In this document: in pieces, positions 11,701 through 25,995 of the stretch
Layout of the letters: each line of letters begins with the position of its first letter
Numbering within the stretch: the first letter of the stretch is position 1
Made by a program: the position numbers and the translations under genes
The notes under the pieces: model-generated
Told to the model about the DNA's origin: nothing
Databases searched by the model: none
Seen by the model: the letters and a program-made list of their open reading frames with translations, nothing else
DNA from: an uncultured Pseudomonadota bacterium
Lineage (GTDB): Bacteria; Pseudomonadota; Gammaproteobacteria; Steroidobacterales; Steroidobacteraceae
Direction of reading: 5' to 3'
Length of the DNA: 64,000 nt
Assembly (NCBI GenBank): GCA_963821745.1
Contig: CAWGEU010000001.1
Location: forward strand, 920,305 to 984,304

Positions 11701-12358
11701 CATCAGCGGCCATCCGATCGACCGGTTCGTCAATGATCTGCCGCGGTTCATCACCGGACGCATCGTCGACTACATCGACGCCGAGAAGCCCGCGGCCAGT
11801 GCCGAAGGCGGCCGCGCGTTTTTCGGCGGCAAACCCGTGGCCATCGCCGGCGTCGTCGAAGAACTGCGCAAGCGCGGCCCGCGCACCGAAGTCGTGCTGG
11901 ACGACGACTCGGGGCGCATCTCGGTGAGTTTCTTCGATGAGCAGTTTCAGCAGTACCGCGAGATGCTCGTCAAAGACGCGCTGCTGCTCATCGAAGGAAA
12001 ACTGCGTTTCGACGAGTTCGCCAACACCTGGGTGCTGCGCGCCAGCAAGGTCAGCGAGCTCGAGCGGCTGCGCGAGAAGGAAGCGCGTCGTATCGTGCTC
12101 AAGCTCAAGTCCACGGATTCGTTTCCGCTCGAACGCCTGCAGGCCATCCTGGCGCAGTACCGTGGCGGTGGTTGCCAGGTGTCCGTGCAGTTCTTCGCCG
12201 CGGGTGCGCGCGGCACGTACTCATTCGGGGCCGAATGGAACGTCCGACCGGCGCCTGCCCTGACCGAAGAGCTCGAGAAATTGTTGGGCCGTGGCCGGAT
12301 CGCGGTGCTCTACAGCCCGCCTCCCGTGAGCGCGGGTGTGACTTCGATCAACGGTTAG
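8768..12358 (+). CDS. dnaE: DNA polymerase III alpha subunit DnaE. At least 9 frame changes (about 9055, 9178, 9222, 9272, 9565, 9598, 9830, 11005, 11485). The exact start is uncertain (8768 or ATG 8814).
   Basis: PHP N-terminus [23 protein letters not shown]. Core region [63 protein letters not shown]. Also [23 protein letters not shown] and an OB-fold C-terminus. The pieces are spread over ORFs 8768.., 9151.., 9230.., 9480.., 9744.., 11020.., 11513... Confidence 0.92.
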
Positions 12359-12382
12359 TCAGCGGATAGGTGCCGAGCGATA

Positions 12383-12471
12383 GGTGCCGGGCCGGGAAAC
12401 CGGGAAAACTTCGGCGGGCCATTTAGGGGTCACCACCCTTTCGAGTTTTCCCGGTTTCCCGGCCCGGCACC
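12383..12471. repeat. 28-nt perfect inverted repeat with a 33-nt spacer (REP/MITE-like element) in the dnaE-accA spacer
   Basis: GGTGCCGGGCCGGGAAACCGGGAAAACT at 12383-12410. Its exact reverse complement AGTTTTCCCGGTTTCCCGGCCCGGCACC is at 12444-12471. It is preceded by an 11-nt direct repeat GATAGGTGCCG at 12365 and 12379. Confidence 0.8.
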
Positions 12472-12494
12472 ATTTCCTATATTCTCGCGCCCCT

Positions 12495-13461
12495 ATGGCA
12501 GTGAATTTCCTCGATTTCGAGCAGCCGATCGCCGAACTTGAAGCCAAGATCGAAGAACTGAAACACGTTCCTTCGGGCTCCGCGGTCAACATCCAGGAAG
12601 AGATCACCCGGCTTCAGGCCAAGAGCGAGCAGCTCACGCAGAGCATCTTCGCGAACCTGACGCCCTGGCAGATCACCCAGCTCGCGCGTCATCCGCAGCG
12701 GCCCTACACGCTCGACTACGCCGGACTCATCTTCAAGGATTTCCACGAGCTGCACGGCGACCGCATGTATGGCGACGATCTCGCCATCATCGGTGGCCCC
12801 GCGCGACTCGACGAGCACGCCCGTCATGCTCATCGGCCACCAGAAAGGCCGCGACACGAAAGAGCGCGTACGTCGCAACTACGGCATGCCCAAGCCCGAG
12901 GGTTATCGCAAGGCGCTGCGCCTCATGCGTCTCGCCGAGAGATTCCGCCTGCCGCTCATCACTTTCATCGACACGCCCGGCGCCTATCCCGGCGTGGGCT
13001 CCGAAGAGCGCAACCAGTCCGAGGCGATCGCGCGCAACCTGTTCGAGATGTCCGTCATGGGCATTCCCATCATCAGCTGCGTGATCGGCGAGGGCGGTTC
13101 GGGCGGCGCGCTGGCTATCGGCGTCTGCGACCGGTTGCTGATGCTGCAGTTCTCCACCTACTCGGTGATTTCGCCGGAAGGCTGCGCCTCCATTCTCTGG
13201 AAGAGCGCCGACAAGAAGGAAGTGGCGGCGGATGCGATGAACCTCACCGCGGATCGCCTGTTCAAGCTCAAGCTCGTCGACGAAGTGTTGCCCGAGCCTG
13301 TTGGCGGCGCGCATCGCAATGCCGAGGCCGTCGCGGCCACGATCAAGACGGCACTGGTCAAATATCTCTCGCAGCTCGAGAAACTGTCGCCCGACAAGTT
13401 GCGCGCTGCGCGCAATGCACGCATCGACGGCTTCGGCGTGTTCAGCGAAGTCGCGAACTGA
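12495..13461 (+). CDS. accA: Acetyl-CoA carboxylase carboxyltransferase alpha subunit. Frame change near 12818.
   Basis: [22 protein letters not shown]...[10 protein letters not shown] (ORF 12384..). Then [46 protein letters not shown] (ORF 12769..13461). Confidence 0.9.
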
Positions 13462-13517
13462 ATGGGGACATTCCCCATTTCCTAGCCCTTGCCTGAAAGA
13501 AGTGGGGGCCGCACCTC
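13461..13517. repeat. Solo arm of the 14832-14942 inverted-repeat element, with its own GAATGGGGA-CAT-TCCCCATTTC palindrome
   Basis: AATGGGGACATTCCCCATTTCCT..GAAAGAAGTGGGGGCCGCACCTC matches the left arm GGGGACACTCCCCATTTCCTGAAAATGGGGCCGCACCTC at 14832, apart from a ~10-nt insertion. It fills the whole accA-tilS spacer. Confidence 0.65.
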
Positions 13518-13518
13518 A

Positions 13519-14831
13519 ATGCTCGATCCGGTTGCGAAACTCATCGAACTCGTTGGACTGAAGCCGCGCGTCGCCCTCGCGTTCAGCGGCGGTGTGGATT
13601 CCACGGTGCTCGCGCATCTGCTGGTCAAACAACGCCGCAAACTTGGCGGCCTTCGACTGATGCATGTCGACCACGGACTCCAGGTCGCGAGCGGTGAGTG
13701 GAGCCGGCATTGCGCCCAGATGGCGCGCACCTGGCGCGTTCCATTTGTTCCCCTGAAAGCCCACATCGTTCGGCCCACGGGCGTCTCTCCCGAAGCCGCC
13801 GCACGTGATGCTCGTTATCGGCTCCTGTTTGAAGCGATGGAGCCAGGCGAAGTGCTGGTCACCGCTCAACACCGTGACGACCAGGTGGAAACCCTGTTAC
13901 TCCAATTGTTCCGCGGAGCCGGTGTCACTGGCTTGTCAGGCATGCCCGCCATTGCGACGTTCGGCCCTGGTCCGATTGCGCGCCCGTTGCTCGAGGTGTC
14001 GCGCGCCGAGATCGAAGCGCTGGCGCAGAAAGCGCAACTGCGCTGGATCGAAGATCCTTCCAACACTGACACCCGCTTCTCCCGCAACTTCCTGCGTCAG
14101 CGGCTGATGCCGCTCATCCGCGAGCATTGGCCGGGTGCCGACAAGGCGATGGCACGAAGCGCTGCGCACATGGCCACAGCTGCCACCTTGCTCAACGAAA
14201 GGGCAGCACACGACCTGGCGGGTCTCGCTGATGGCAGCGGACTCTCTGTTAGCGCCCTGCGTGTGTTGCCCATGGGCCGACGCCGCAATGCATTGCGTGC
14301 GTTCATCGCGCGGCACGGAATCGAGATGCCCGAGGCATCGCGCCTTAAGGAAATTGCTGGACCGCTGCTCGCGGCACGCGCGGATGCGCAACCCGAAGTA
14401 GCTTGGTCCGATGCGCGCATGGTTCGTCGGGGTGGTCGGCTCGAGCTCCAGAAATCACGTGTGCCCATCAGCGAATTCGTTGCGAAATCATGGTGCTGGC
14501 AGGTTGAGCGCCGCCTGATTCTCGAAGTCGGCGCACTCGAGCTCGTCGACGACGCTGCCGGTCCCATCGACCTTGCGCGTCTGCCCAAAGTCCTCGACGT
14601 GCGTGCCAGGCGCGGCGGTGAGCGCATGCGCGCAGGGGCGAATGCACGCACGCGCACACTCAAATCACTGCTCCAGGACTCGAAGGTTCCCGTAGACGAG
14701 CGCGCACGGATGCCGCTGCTGTTTGCCGGCCCGCAATTGATCGCCGCGGGCGACCGCTGGGTCGACGTGTCCGTGGCCGCGAATGTCAAATCCCGGCGGC
14801 GCGCGCGGCTGCGATGGCAAAAGGGAAAGAG

Positions 14832-14853
<22 letters not shown>
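13519..14853 (+). CDS. tilS: tRNA(Ile)-lysidine synthase TilS
   Basis: PP-loop ALAFSGGVDSTVLAHLL, conserved HVDHGLQ and TAQHRDDQVETLLLQL. Intact ORF. An alternative upstream start exists at 13489. The last ~7 codons run into the 14832 repeat arm. Confidence 0.88.
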
Positions 14854-16656
<1,803 letters not shown>

Positions 16657-16679
16657 CCACTTTCCCGCGGTGCCCGCTG

Positions 16680-18215
16680 CTATCTACCCATGTCGTAGAA
16701 GTATTTGTCGATCGTCCAGGCGCGTATCTTCGTGTAGCCAACCTTCGAGCTGCCATCGGCGAAGTTGCCCGACAACAAGACGTCATCGCGATCCGCGCCC
16801 AATGGCATGGGCTCGTGGTACTCGCTGCCGGGATTCTCAGGGTCTACGGAAACTGTGGGCATATCGGGCCAGCCACCCGCCTCTTCGACCGTGTTGACCC
16901 ATTGCGATGATGCCGAGATGCCGCGTATCGCCGCGTCGATCTGATCCATCACCGTGTTGACCCCGCCTTTGTACAGATATCGGCGCGCGGGCTTGACGCC
17001 CACCGTGCAGCGGATGAGGTGCGCGAACGCGAGGCCTTCCTGCGTGGTGGGTTTCAAGGGCTCAGCACAGGGTTTCAACACTCCTGAATAGTTCATCCCT
17101 AGACCTGCGGGCCATGCGCTGGTGCGCAAGGTCGGTTGCATGTAGCCGTCCGGCTTGTTCGTGAAGAAATCATCCTGGGATGCAGGGTTCTCCCAGCCGA
17201 ATTGACTGTTGTGGGCCGCGTGCGCGGTGGAGCCCGCGGTGATGTCGCTCAACGTGCGCGCGAAGCAAAGCGTGTCATTGTTGTTAGGACCGCGCACGGA
17301 CACGGATCCCACGAGGTTGCATTGCTGGGACTTGCCGGCCGCTTCGTTGAAACCGCCGTTGTCACTGACGTTGAGCCCCTCGCCTTTCTTGCAATCCGGC
17401 CGGCCATGATCGTAGTGCAGGACATTCACATGGGCGTGATTGTTGGCGGAGACCAGCGGGTTCCGGTCCGTGGTGTGCGCGTAGAGTGATTGCGAGACGA
17501 GCGAGTTGTCGGCGAAATCACCGCCGCCAATGATGTGCCCGTAGCCGTGATCCGCACCCGGCTCGTGATTGACAATGTCCGGGTCCGCAAAGTCCGGCGG
17601 GATATGTAGCGGGTCGTACACAGCGCCGCGTATCCATGAGACGCCGTTGATGGCGTAGTACGCCTGGACCCCTTCGTCCATGCTGAAACGCGCCTCGCAA
17701 TTGATGAAGGCGCAGTTCGATGGCAAGAAGCCGTCCCCGCCTGCCTGGTGCGCATCGCGGTTGCCGGCGTGAAAATTCGTGCAGCCGGGTGCCGAAGGCA
17801 GGTCTCCGACCCACGATGGCAGATGCCACACGCGCATATTGGAACCGCCATAGAGGCGCATCGCCGCTGCCTGTATGAACAGGCCAGCACCGGGAGCGGC
17901 CTGCCCGACGTAATCCATGTTCCCGCGCCCATCGGCAGTCGCGATTGCCCGGCCTAGATAGACGTATCCGCCGATCAGCGGCAAGACGTACTTGTGAAAT
18001 CCCTCCCCCTGATCCGCGCCCCAGCAATAACGCGCCGTGCCCGAAAAGCAGTTCGGCCCGCGGGGATCTTCATCGCCTTCGTCGGTGTCGGCGTAGGACG
18101 TGATGAAATACAGCTTCGAGGGCAGGTCGCCCGCGCTCACATCGAGCCCTGGGCCTGCAACGCCGGGAAGCGCTGACAGGTACGGCGTGCTCTGATAAGG
18201 CCATGAAAGATTCAT
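16680..18215 (-). CDS. Uncharacterised 511-aa protein (530 aa from the alternative start at 18272). It may have a pectate-lyase-like beta-helix fold.
   Basis: Long intact ORF with coding-like composition. GAGG lies 9 nt upstream of the ATG at 18215, and there is no signal peptide. The weak motif resemblance DHGYGHIIGGGDF....TDRNPLVSANNHAHVNVLHY recalls the PL1 pectate lyase pattern H.k..liG..D / R.P..R....H..NN.Y. The fold call is low confidence. Confidence 0.6.
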   Translation of the reverse strand: MNLSWPYQSTPYLSALPGVAGPGLDVSAGDLPSKLYFITSYADTDEGDEDPRGPNCFSGTARYCWGADQGEGFHKYVLPLIGGYVYLGRAIATADGRGNMDYVGQAAPGAGLFIQAAAMRLYGGSNMRVWHLPSWVGDLPSAPGCTNFHAGNRDAHQAGGDGFLPSNCAFINCEARFSMDEGVQAYYAINGVSWIRGAVYDPLHIPPDFADPDIVNHEPGADHGYGHIIGGGDFADNSLVSQSLYAHTTDRNPLVSANNHAHVNVLHYDHGRPDCKKGEGLNVSDNGGFNEAAGKSQQCNLVGSVSVRGPNNNDTLCFARTLSDITAGSTAHAAHNSQFGWENPASQDDFFTNKPDGYMQPTLRTSAWPAGLGMNYSGVLKPCAEPLKPTTQEGLAFAHLIRCTVGVKPARRYLYKGGVNTVMDQIDAAIRGISASSQWVNTVEEAGGWPDMPTVSVDPENPGSEYHEPMPLGADRDDVLLSGNFADGSSKVGYTKIRAWTIDKYFYDMGR

Positions 18216-18536
18216 ATTTGGACCTCGAGTTGGATCGCGCGAATAGCTCGCGCCGCCTTGCCCGTGCGGCAAACCAGTTCGCGTCGATGCTCTACCTTTT
18301 CAAAGCTTGTTTCATCGTGGTACCGGAGTAGGGGGGACGCGCATCCGCGATTGGCGGGTTCGGAAACGCGGTGCGGCAGCCGAGCGAGCATTGAGCAGGG
18401 ACACCTCTTCCGCGCGTTTGTCCGACACGCTGAGGTAACGCAGTCTGTCGCGTCACTTCTGCTACTGGGGCGTTCCCCGATGTATATGTGTCGTAGCGTT
18501 TACAACGACTAGGTAGTTCCATGCGGGAGGGCGGCA

Positions 18537-19481
18537 ATGAGTGAAATGCGCTTTGGGCCAGTAGCCAGAGGGCTTTTGAGCTACGTCCCGGCCCTCAACG
18601 ACGTGCTGCCTTCCAAGACCGGCGGACACACGGATTCCGCTTCCTATTGTTACGGCGTCTGGATGAAACACCTGACGCTGCTTCACGCCCATGGATTTCC
18701 CGCGATACCGCAAACCATCGCGGAGCTCGGGCCGGGTGAGTCGCTGGGCGTGGGTCTCTGCGGTCTGCTGTCGGGATCCAGTCATTACGTCGGGCTCGAC
18801 GTGATCGCCCATTCCAATCCCGAACGCAACCAGCTCATTCTCAACGACCTGATCAAGCTGTTTCTGCAACGGGCACCCAACCCCGACAAAGGTTGGCCGG
18901 AATTCAGTTCGTACCTCGATGAACGCTTGTTTCCGAGCCACATCGTGAACGAACAGGCTCTGCAGGCGGCGCTGCGCCCCGAGCGCATCGAAGCCATTCG
19001 CCGTGCCGTGACGGCCCCGTCGCCGCAGGATCCGATCACGGCGAAATACAAGGCGCCATGGTTCGATCCTCGCGTGATCGAGGAAGGCTCGGTCGATCTC
19101 GTCGTTTCCCAGTCCGTGCTCGAACATGTCGTGGACCTGCCCAGCACCTACCAGGCGCTGTACCAATGGGTCAGGCCCGGTGGCTGGATGTCCCACCAGA
19201 TCGATTTCAAGTCGCATGGACTTTCCACGCGATGGAATGGTTACCGCACTTGTTCGGACCGCTTGTGGGAGATCACCCTCGGGCGGCGTCCGTTCATGAT
19301 CAATCGCCAACCTGCGTCGGTTCACCTTCGCCTGATACAGGAAGCCGGATTCCGCGTGGTCACCCATCAGAAGTTCATGCGCCAGGATGGCATTCGCCGC
19401 GAGGAGCTTGCACCGCGCTGGGCCGACATTTCGGACGAAGACCTCAACTGTTCCGGCATGTACGTCATCGCGACGAAGTGA
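18537..19481 (+). CDS. Class I SAM-dependent methyltransferase
   Basis: Motif [14 protein letters not shown] and the post-II/III segment [16 protein letters not shown]...VRPGGWM. Intact 314-aa ORF, divergent from the 16680..18215 gene. Sampled 60-nt stretches run at about 58-60% GC, which is lower than the neighbours. Confidence 0.75.
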   Translation: MSEMRFGPVARGLLSYVPALNDVLPSKTGGHTDSASYCYGVWMKHLTLLHAHGFPAIPQTIAELGPGESLGVGLCGLLSGSSHYVGLDVIAHSNPERNQLILNDLIKLFLQRAPNPDKGWPEFSSYLDERLFPSHIVNEQALQAALRPERIEAIRRAVTAPSPQDPITAKYKAPWFDPRVIEEGSVDLVVSQSVLEHVVDLPSTYQALYQWVRPGGWMSHQIDFKSHGLSTRWNGYRTCSDRLWEITLGRRPFMINRQPASVHLRLIQEAGFRVVTHQKFMRQDGIRREELAPRWADISDEDLNCSGMYVIATK

Positions 19482-19614
19482 ACCTCGGCTAACGCCCCGC
19501 TCGATGGCGGGCTTCCTGAAGGGCGGCCCGCAAACACCGATTCGACACTTCGGGGCTGCGTGTGCCATGCCTGGCCGTGTATCCTTCGCCACTCACTTTC
19601 GAGGCACTCAAACC

Positions 19615-21731
<2,117 letters not shown>

Positions 21732-21743
21732 CGGAGAACAACA

Positions 21744-21977
21744 ATGCCTCGTTTACTTTTGAAAGAAGGCGACCGTTTCCTGGGCGCCATCACCGACGCG
21801 GACGTCAAGGTGCTCATCGATGAGCTCGAAGAAGAGGACATGGAGGACGACGACTACTTCATCGACGGCGCCACCGTGAGCATTCTCGAAGCCGCGGGCG
21901 CATCGAGTGCGCTGGTGGCGATATTGCTGACTGCGATCGGCGACTCCGAGGGAATCGATATTCGCTGGGAGAAGTAG
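21744..21977 (+). CDS. Small acidic hypothetical protein (77 aa)
   Basis: Intact ORF 12 nt after the eno stop. Acidic core [21 protein letters not shown]. No family that I can name. Confidence 0.45.
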   Translation: MPRLLLKEGDRFLGAITDADVKVLIDELEEEDMEDDDYFIDGATVSILEAAGASSALVAILLTAIGDSEGIDIRWEK

Positions 21978-22000
21978 CAGTCGGCGCGGAGTGCGCTCCC

Positions 22001-22468
22001 ATGCCTGAAGCGCGCCGTTCCATGTTTGCCTACCTGTGCCTGGGGTCCAGCAACCTCGAGCGCTCCGCGGTTTTCTACGACGCCACGCTCGGCGTGCTGG
22101 GTTACTCGCGCTGCGACACATCCGCGGAGAGCGATTCGAGCTGGAATGGCTGGTTAGGCTGGGGCCTGTACGAGAAGGAAGGCGCGATCCAGGACGCGTT
22201 GTGGGTCTGCACGCCGTTCAACGGCGCGCCGGCCAGTGTCGGGAATGGCGGCATGGTGGCGCTGTGGGCGAAGACCTGGCGCGAGGTCGAAGCCTTTCAC
22301 GCTGCGGCGCTGGCGCATGGTGGAACTTCGGAAGGCGCTCCGGGTCTGCGATTGGCGTACAACCCGGACTTCTACGCGGCCTACGTGCGCGATCCGGACG
22401 GCAACAAGCTTGCGGTGGTGTGCCGCGGTTTCACATCCGCGCAGGGCCAGCCAGCACCCGTCCGCTGA
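22001..22468 (+). CDS. VOC (glyoxalase/bleomycin-resistance/dioxygenase) family protein
   Basis: MFAYLCLGSSNLERSAVFYDATLGVLG ... FYAAYVRDPDGNKLAVVC is the typical paired beta-alpha-beta-beta-beta pattern. The likely true start is the ATG at 22022. Confidence 0.7.
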   Translation: MPEARRSMFAYLCLGSSNLERSAVFYDATLGVLGYSRCDTSAESDSSWNGWLGWGLYEKEGAIQDALWVCTPFNGAPASVGNGGMVALWAKTWREVEAFHAAALAHGGTSEGAPGLRLAYNPDFYAAYVRDPDGNKLAVVCRGFTSAQGQPAPVR

Positions 22469-22565
22469 ATCGTTCCGGCGCCATTCCCGCTCGTTTCATC
22501 GTCCCGAATACACGCCTCGCTGCATTGGCGATAGCATTCGGCCATCTGAAAAGAAGGTATTGCCA

Positions 22566-25332
22566 ATGAAAACTCTGCGCCTGTTTACCTGCCTGGCTCT
22601 GCTCGCCGTGCCTGCCGCGACCGCATTCGCGGCGGCTGCCAAACCCGCGCCGTTGCCAACGGTCGACATCCCCTATGAAAAGTTCGTGTTGCCGAACGGG
22701 CTCACGCTCATCGTGCACGAGGATCACAAGGCGCCCGTGGTCGCGGTCAACATCTGGTACCACGTGGGCAGCAAGGACGAGCGTCCGGGACGTACGGGCT
22801 TCGCGCATCTGTTCGAACACCTGATGTTCAACGGATCCGAGAACCACAACGATGAGTGGTTCCGTCCCCTGGAAGCCGCCGGCGCCACCAAGCTGAACGG
22901 CACCACCTGGTTCGACCGCACTAACTACTTCCAGAACGTGCCGACATCGGCGGTGGATCTCACGTTGTGGATGGAGTCCGATCGCATGGGGCACCTGCTC
23001 GGCGCCATCGACAAGGCCAAGCTCGACGAGCAGCGCGGCGTGGTGCAGAACGAGAAGCGCCAGGGCGACAACCGTCCCTACGGCAAGGTCGGCGAACTCA
23101 TCACCACCAGCACCTATCCGGCCGGTCATCCGTATTCATGGGAAACCATCGGCTCGATGGAAGACCTGAACGCCGCCTCGCTCGACGACGTCAAGGAATG
23201 GTTCCGCACGTACTACGGCGCGGCGAACGCGGTGCTCGTGGTGGCCGGCGACATCACCGTGGCGGACGCCAAGGCGAAGGTGGAGAAATATTTCGGCGAC
23301 ATCCCGTCCGGGCCCGTGATCAAGCGCCAGCAGGAATGGATCGCCAAGATGGCGGGCACTCGCCGCGCGATGTTGCAGGACAACGTGCCCCAGGCGCGCA
23401 TATATAAAGTGTGGAACGTCCCGGGCTACAAGCAGCGGGATTTCACGCTGCTGGACATGACCGCCGACCTGCTGGCCGGCGGCAAGAACAGCCGTCTCTA
23501 CAAGCGACTGGTGTACACGGATCGTACCGCCACGAATGTCACCGCCTTCCTCGGGCCGTTCGAGCTCGGCTCGCAGGTGCAGATCGTCGTCACGGTGAAG
23601 CCGGGCAGCGATCCGGCGGTCGTCGAAAAGGTGCTCGACGAAGAATTGTCGCGCTTCCTCGCCTCGGGTCCGACGCCGGACGAAGTCGAGCGCATTCGCA
23701 CCACGAACTTCGCGAGCTTCGCGCGCGGCGCCGAACGCATCGACGGATTCGGTGGAAAGTCCGCGATCCTCGCCGAGGGCCAGGTGTACGCGGGATCGCC
23801 GGATTTCTACAAGACGCGACTCGGCTGGGTCGCGAACGCGACGCCCGCCGACGTGCAAGGCGCCGCGAAGCGCTGGCTGTCGGATGGCGTGTTCGTGCTC
23901 AACGTCGAGCCGATGCCCGAGTTCAAGACCGTGGCCAGCACGGTCGACCGCAGCAAACTACCCGCCACCGGTGCGCCGCCGTCGCTCAAGATTCCCGCGC
24001 CGGCGCGCGCGCGGCTCTCGAACGGATTGGAAATCGTGGTGGTCGAGCGCCACAGCGCGCCCGTCGTCGACTTCACGCTGATGGCGGACGCCGGCTTCGC
24101 GGCCGATGCGCAGGCGAAGCCCGGCACGGCGCGCCTCGCGATGCTCATGGTGCAGGAAGGCACGAAGACGCGGACCTCGCCGGAGATTGCCGATCGCGCG
24201 GAGTCACTCGGCGCGCCGCTCGCCGTGGGCTCGACGCTCGATCGCTCGTTCCTCAACATGAATGCGCTCAGCAACCGGCTCGGTGAGTCGCTCGAGCTGT
24301 ATGCCGACGTGCTGCTGAACCCCACGTTCCCGGCGAAGGAGCTCGAGCGGCTGCGCGGCCAGACGCTGGCGACGATCCAGCAGGAGAAGGCGCAGCCGCT
24401 GGCCATCATCAATCGCGTCATGCCGAAGCTCATCTACGGCGAGGGCCATCCCTACGCCAACCCGTCGTCGGGCACCGGCACGGCGGAAGCCGTCGGCGAG
24501 CCTCACGAGCGCGGAGCTGCAGGCTTTCTACAAGCGTTGGGTGCGGCCCGACAACTCACTGTTGTTAGTGGTGGGCGACACCACGCTCGCCAGCATCCAG
24601 CCGCTGCTCGAACAGCGGTTTGGCCAGCTGGCGCGCGCCGGCGGAAGCGAAGCCCATGAAGAACGTGGCGAACGTCGACGCTGGCCACGAAGCCGCGCGT
24701 GTTCCTCATCGATCGCCCCGGCGCGGAGCAATCGCAGATCGTGGCGGCGACCGTGGGGCCGACGCGCGCCGATCCGGATCACATCCGCTTCGTCGCGCTC
24801 GACACCATGCTGGGCGGCAATTTCGTCTCGCGGCTCAACATGAACCTGCGCGAGGACAAGCACTGGGCGTACGGCGCGGGCACGCGCATCACGGATGCGA
24901 TCGGGCAGGGAATGTTCCGCGCGGGCGCCGGCGTGCAGACCGACAAGACCGCCGAGTCCATGGTCGAGATCCGCAAGGAGTTGCGCGACATCCTCGATTC
25001 GCGCAAGCCCGACGGATGCGGAGCTCAAGTTCGCGAAGGACAGCATCGCGATCGCGCTGCCCGGCAACAACGAGACCTCGGACGAGATCGCCAACTCGTA
25101 CGGCGAGATCCTCACTTTCGGGTTCAAGGACAGCTACTGGAACGACTTCGTCGGCGATCTCACCTCGCTCACCACCGCCGACATCAACAAGGCGGCGGGC
25201 CGTCTCATTCACCCCGAAGCACTCACCTGGGTGGTCGTGGGAGATCTGTCGAAGATCGAGAAGGGCGTGCGCGCGCTCAATATCGGCGAAGTCACGATCC
25301 TCGACACCGACGGGAAGGTGGTCGTGCGGTAG
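22566..25332 (+). CDS. Secreted two-domain M16 (pitrilysin-family) zinc peptidase, ~920 aa. Frame changes near 24500, 24622, 24690 and 25012.
   Basis: Signal peptide MKTLRLFTCLALLAVPAATAFA. Inverted zinc motif GFAHLFEHLMFNGSE with downstream VVQNEKRQ. The second, inactive M16 half (VFLIDRPGAEQSQIV...NLREDKHWAYGAG) is followed through ORFs 22236.., 24541.., 24620.., 24699.. and 24895..25332. Confidence 0.85.
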
Positions 25333-25713
25333 TCACGCCACCTCGACCAGCTCCGAATACTGCTTCAGCGCCGCGTTCGCGGTAAGGAACCGCAGCGGCT
25401 CGTGCATGGCCTGCGCGACCAGCAGTCGATCGAAGAAATCGACGCCGGGCTGCGGCTTGAGTGAAGCGGCGTCGGCCGCGGGCTTGGCGCGCACCGGCAA
25501 CTCGGTGAACCCGCTGGCGCGGATGCCGCGCGCCAGCTCGTGCGCGTCGGCCTCGAGCAGGCCCGACGAAATCTTCTGCTCACACTCCACGATGGATGCG
25601 GCGCTGACGTAGACCTCGTCCGCGGCCTCGATGCGCTCGCGAGTGGCCTTGGCCAGCTTGCGCGAGTCCGCCAGCCACCAGAGAAAGATCTGCGTATCGA
25701 GCAGCAGGCGCAT
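25333..25713 (-). CDS. vapC: PIN-domain toxin (VapC-type ribonuclease)
   Basis: 126 aa. It starts MRLLLDTQIFLWW (the first PIN aspartate) and has later acidic positions (..ASIVECEQK.., FFDRLLVAQA). It lies 25 nt downstream of an antitoxin gene on the same strand. Confidence 0.85.
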   Translation of the reverse strand: MRLLLDTQIFLWWLADSRKLAKATRERIEAADEVYVSAASIVECEQKISSGLLEADAHELARGIRASGFTELPVRAKPAADAASLKPQPGVDFFDRLLVAQAMHEPLRFLTANAALKQYSELVEVA

Positions 25714-25738
25714 GGGATGGCGGGGTAGGGGAGGGCGA

Positions 25739-25969
25739 TCAGGCCGGCGGGGTGCCGTCGGTCCAGGGACGCTCGAAGTCGTCGGCGATGCGCATCTTTC
25801 CCTTGAGCATGCCGGGACGGCGCGGAGTGTCGTCGCGCCGCAGGGGCACGAGCCTGGCCATGGCCTTGCCGCCCTTGGCGATCAGGATCTCGCTACCACC
25901 GGCAACGTCTTCGATGAGACGCGACAAGTGCGTCTTCGCCTCATGAATGTTGATCTTGGCGGTCTTCAC
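25739..25969 (-). CDS. Phd/YefM-family antitoxin
   Basis: 76 aa with GTG start. The N-terminus MKTAKINIHEAKTHLSRLIEDVAGGSEILIAKGGKAMARLVP is the typical Phd/YefM fold opening. It is paired with the PIN toxin. Confidence 0.8.
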   Translation of the reverse strand: MKTAKINIHEAKTHLSRLIEDVAGGSEILIAKGGKAMARLVPLRRDDTPRRPGMLKGKMRIADDFERPWTDGTPPA

Positions 25970-25975
25970 AGTGAA

Positions 25976-25995
25976 CTTAGTTTAGTTTAGTCTAG
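25976..25995. promoter_or_regulatory. Four tandem T(T/C)TAG pentamers in the 48-bp divergent antitoxin/ftsB spacer. They may be a TA operator.
   Basis: CTTAG TTTAG TTTAG TCTAG lies 7-26 nt upstream of the antitoxin GTG (25969, minus strand). The function is inferred only from position. Confidence 0.3.

Noticed and set aside
12384-12494. N-terminal 37-codon extension of accA (ORF 12384..) and the similar 5' extensions of pyrG (14896..) and recJ (33045..)
   Set aside because: The extensions are read-through of intergenic repeat or spacer sequence. The conserved protein N-termini begin at the internal ATGs 12495, 15010 and 33252.
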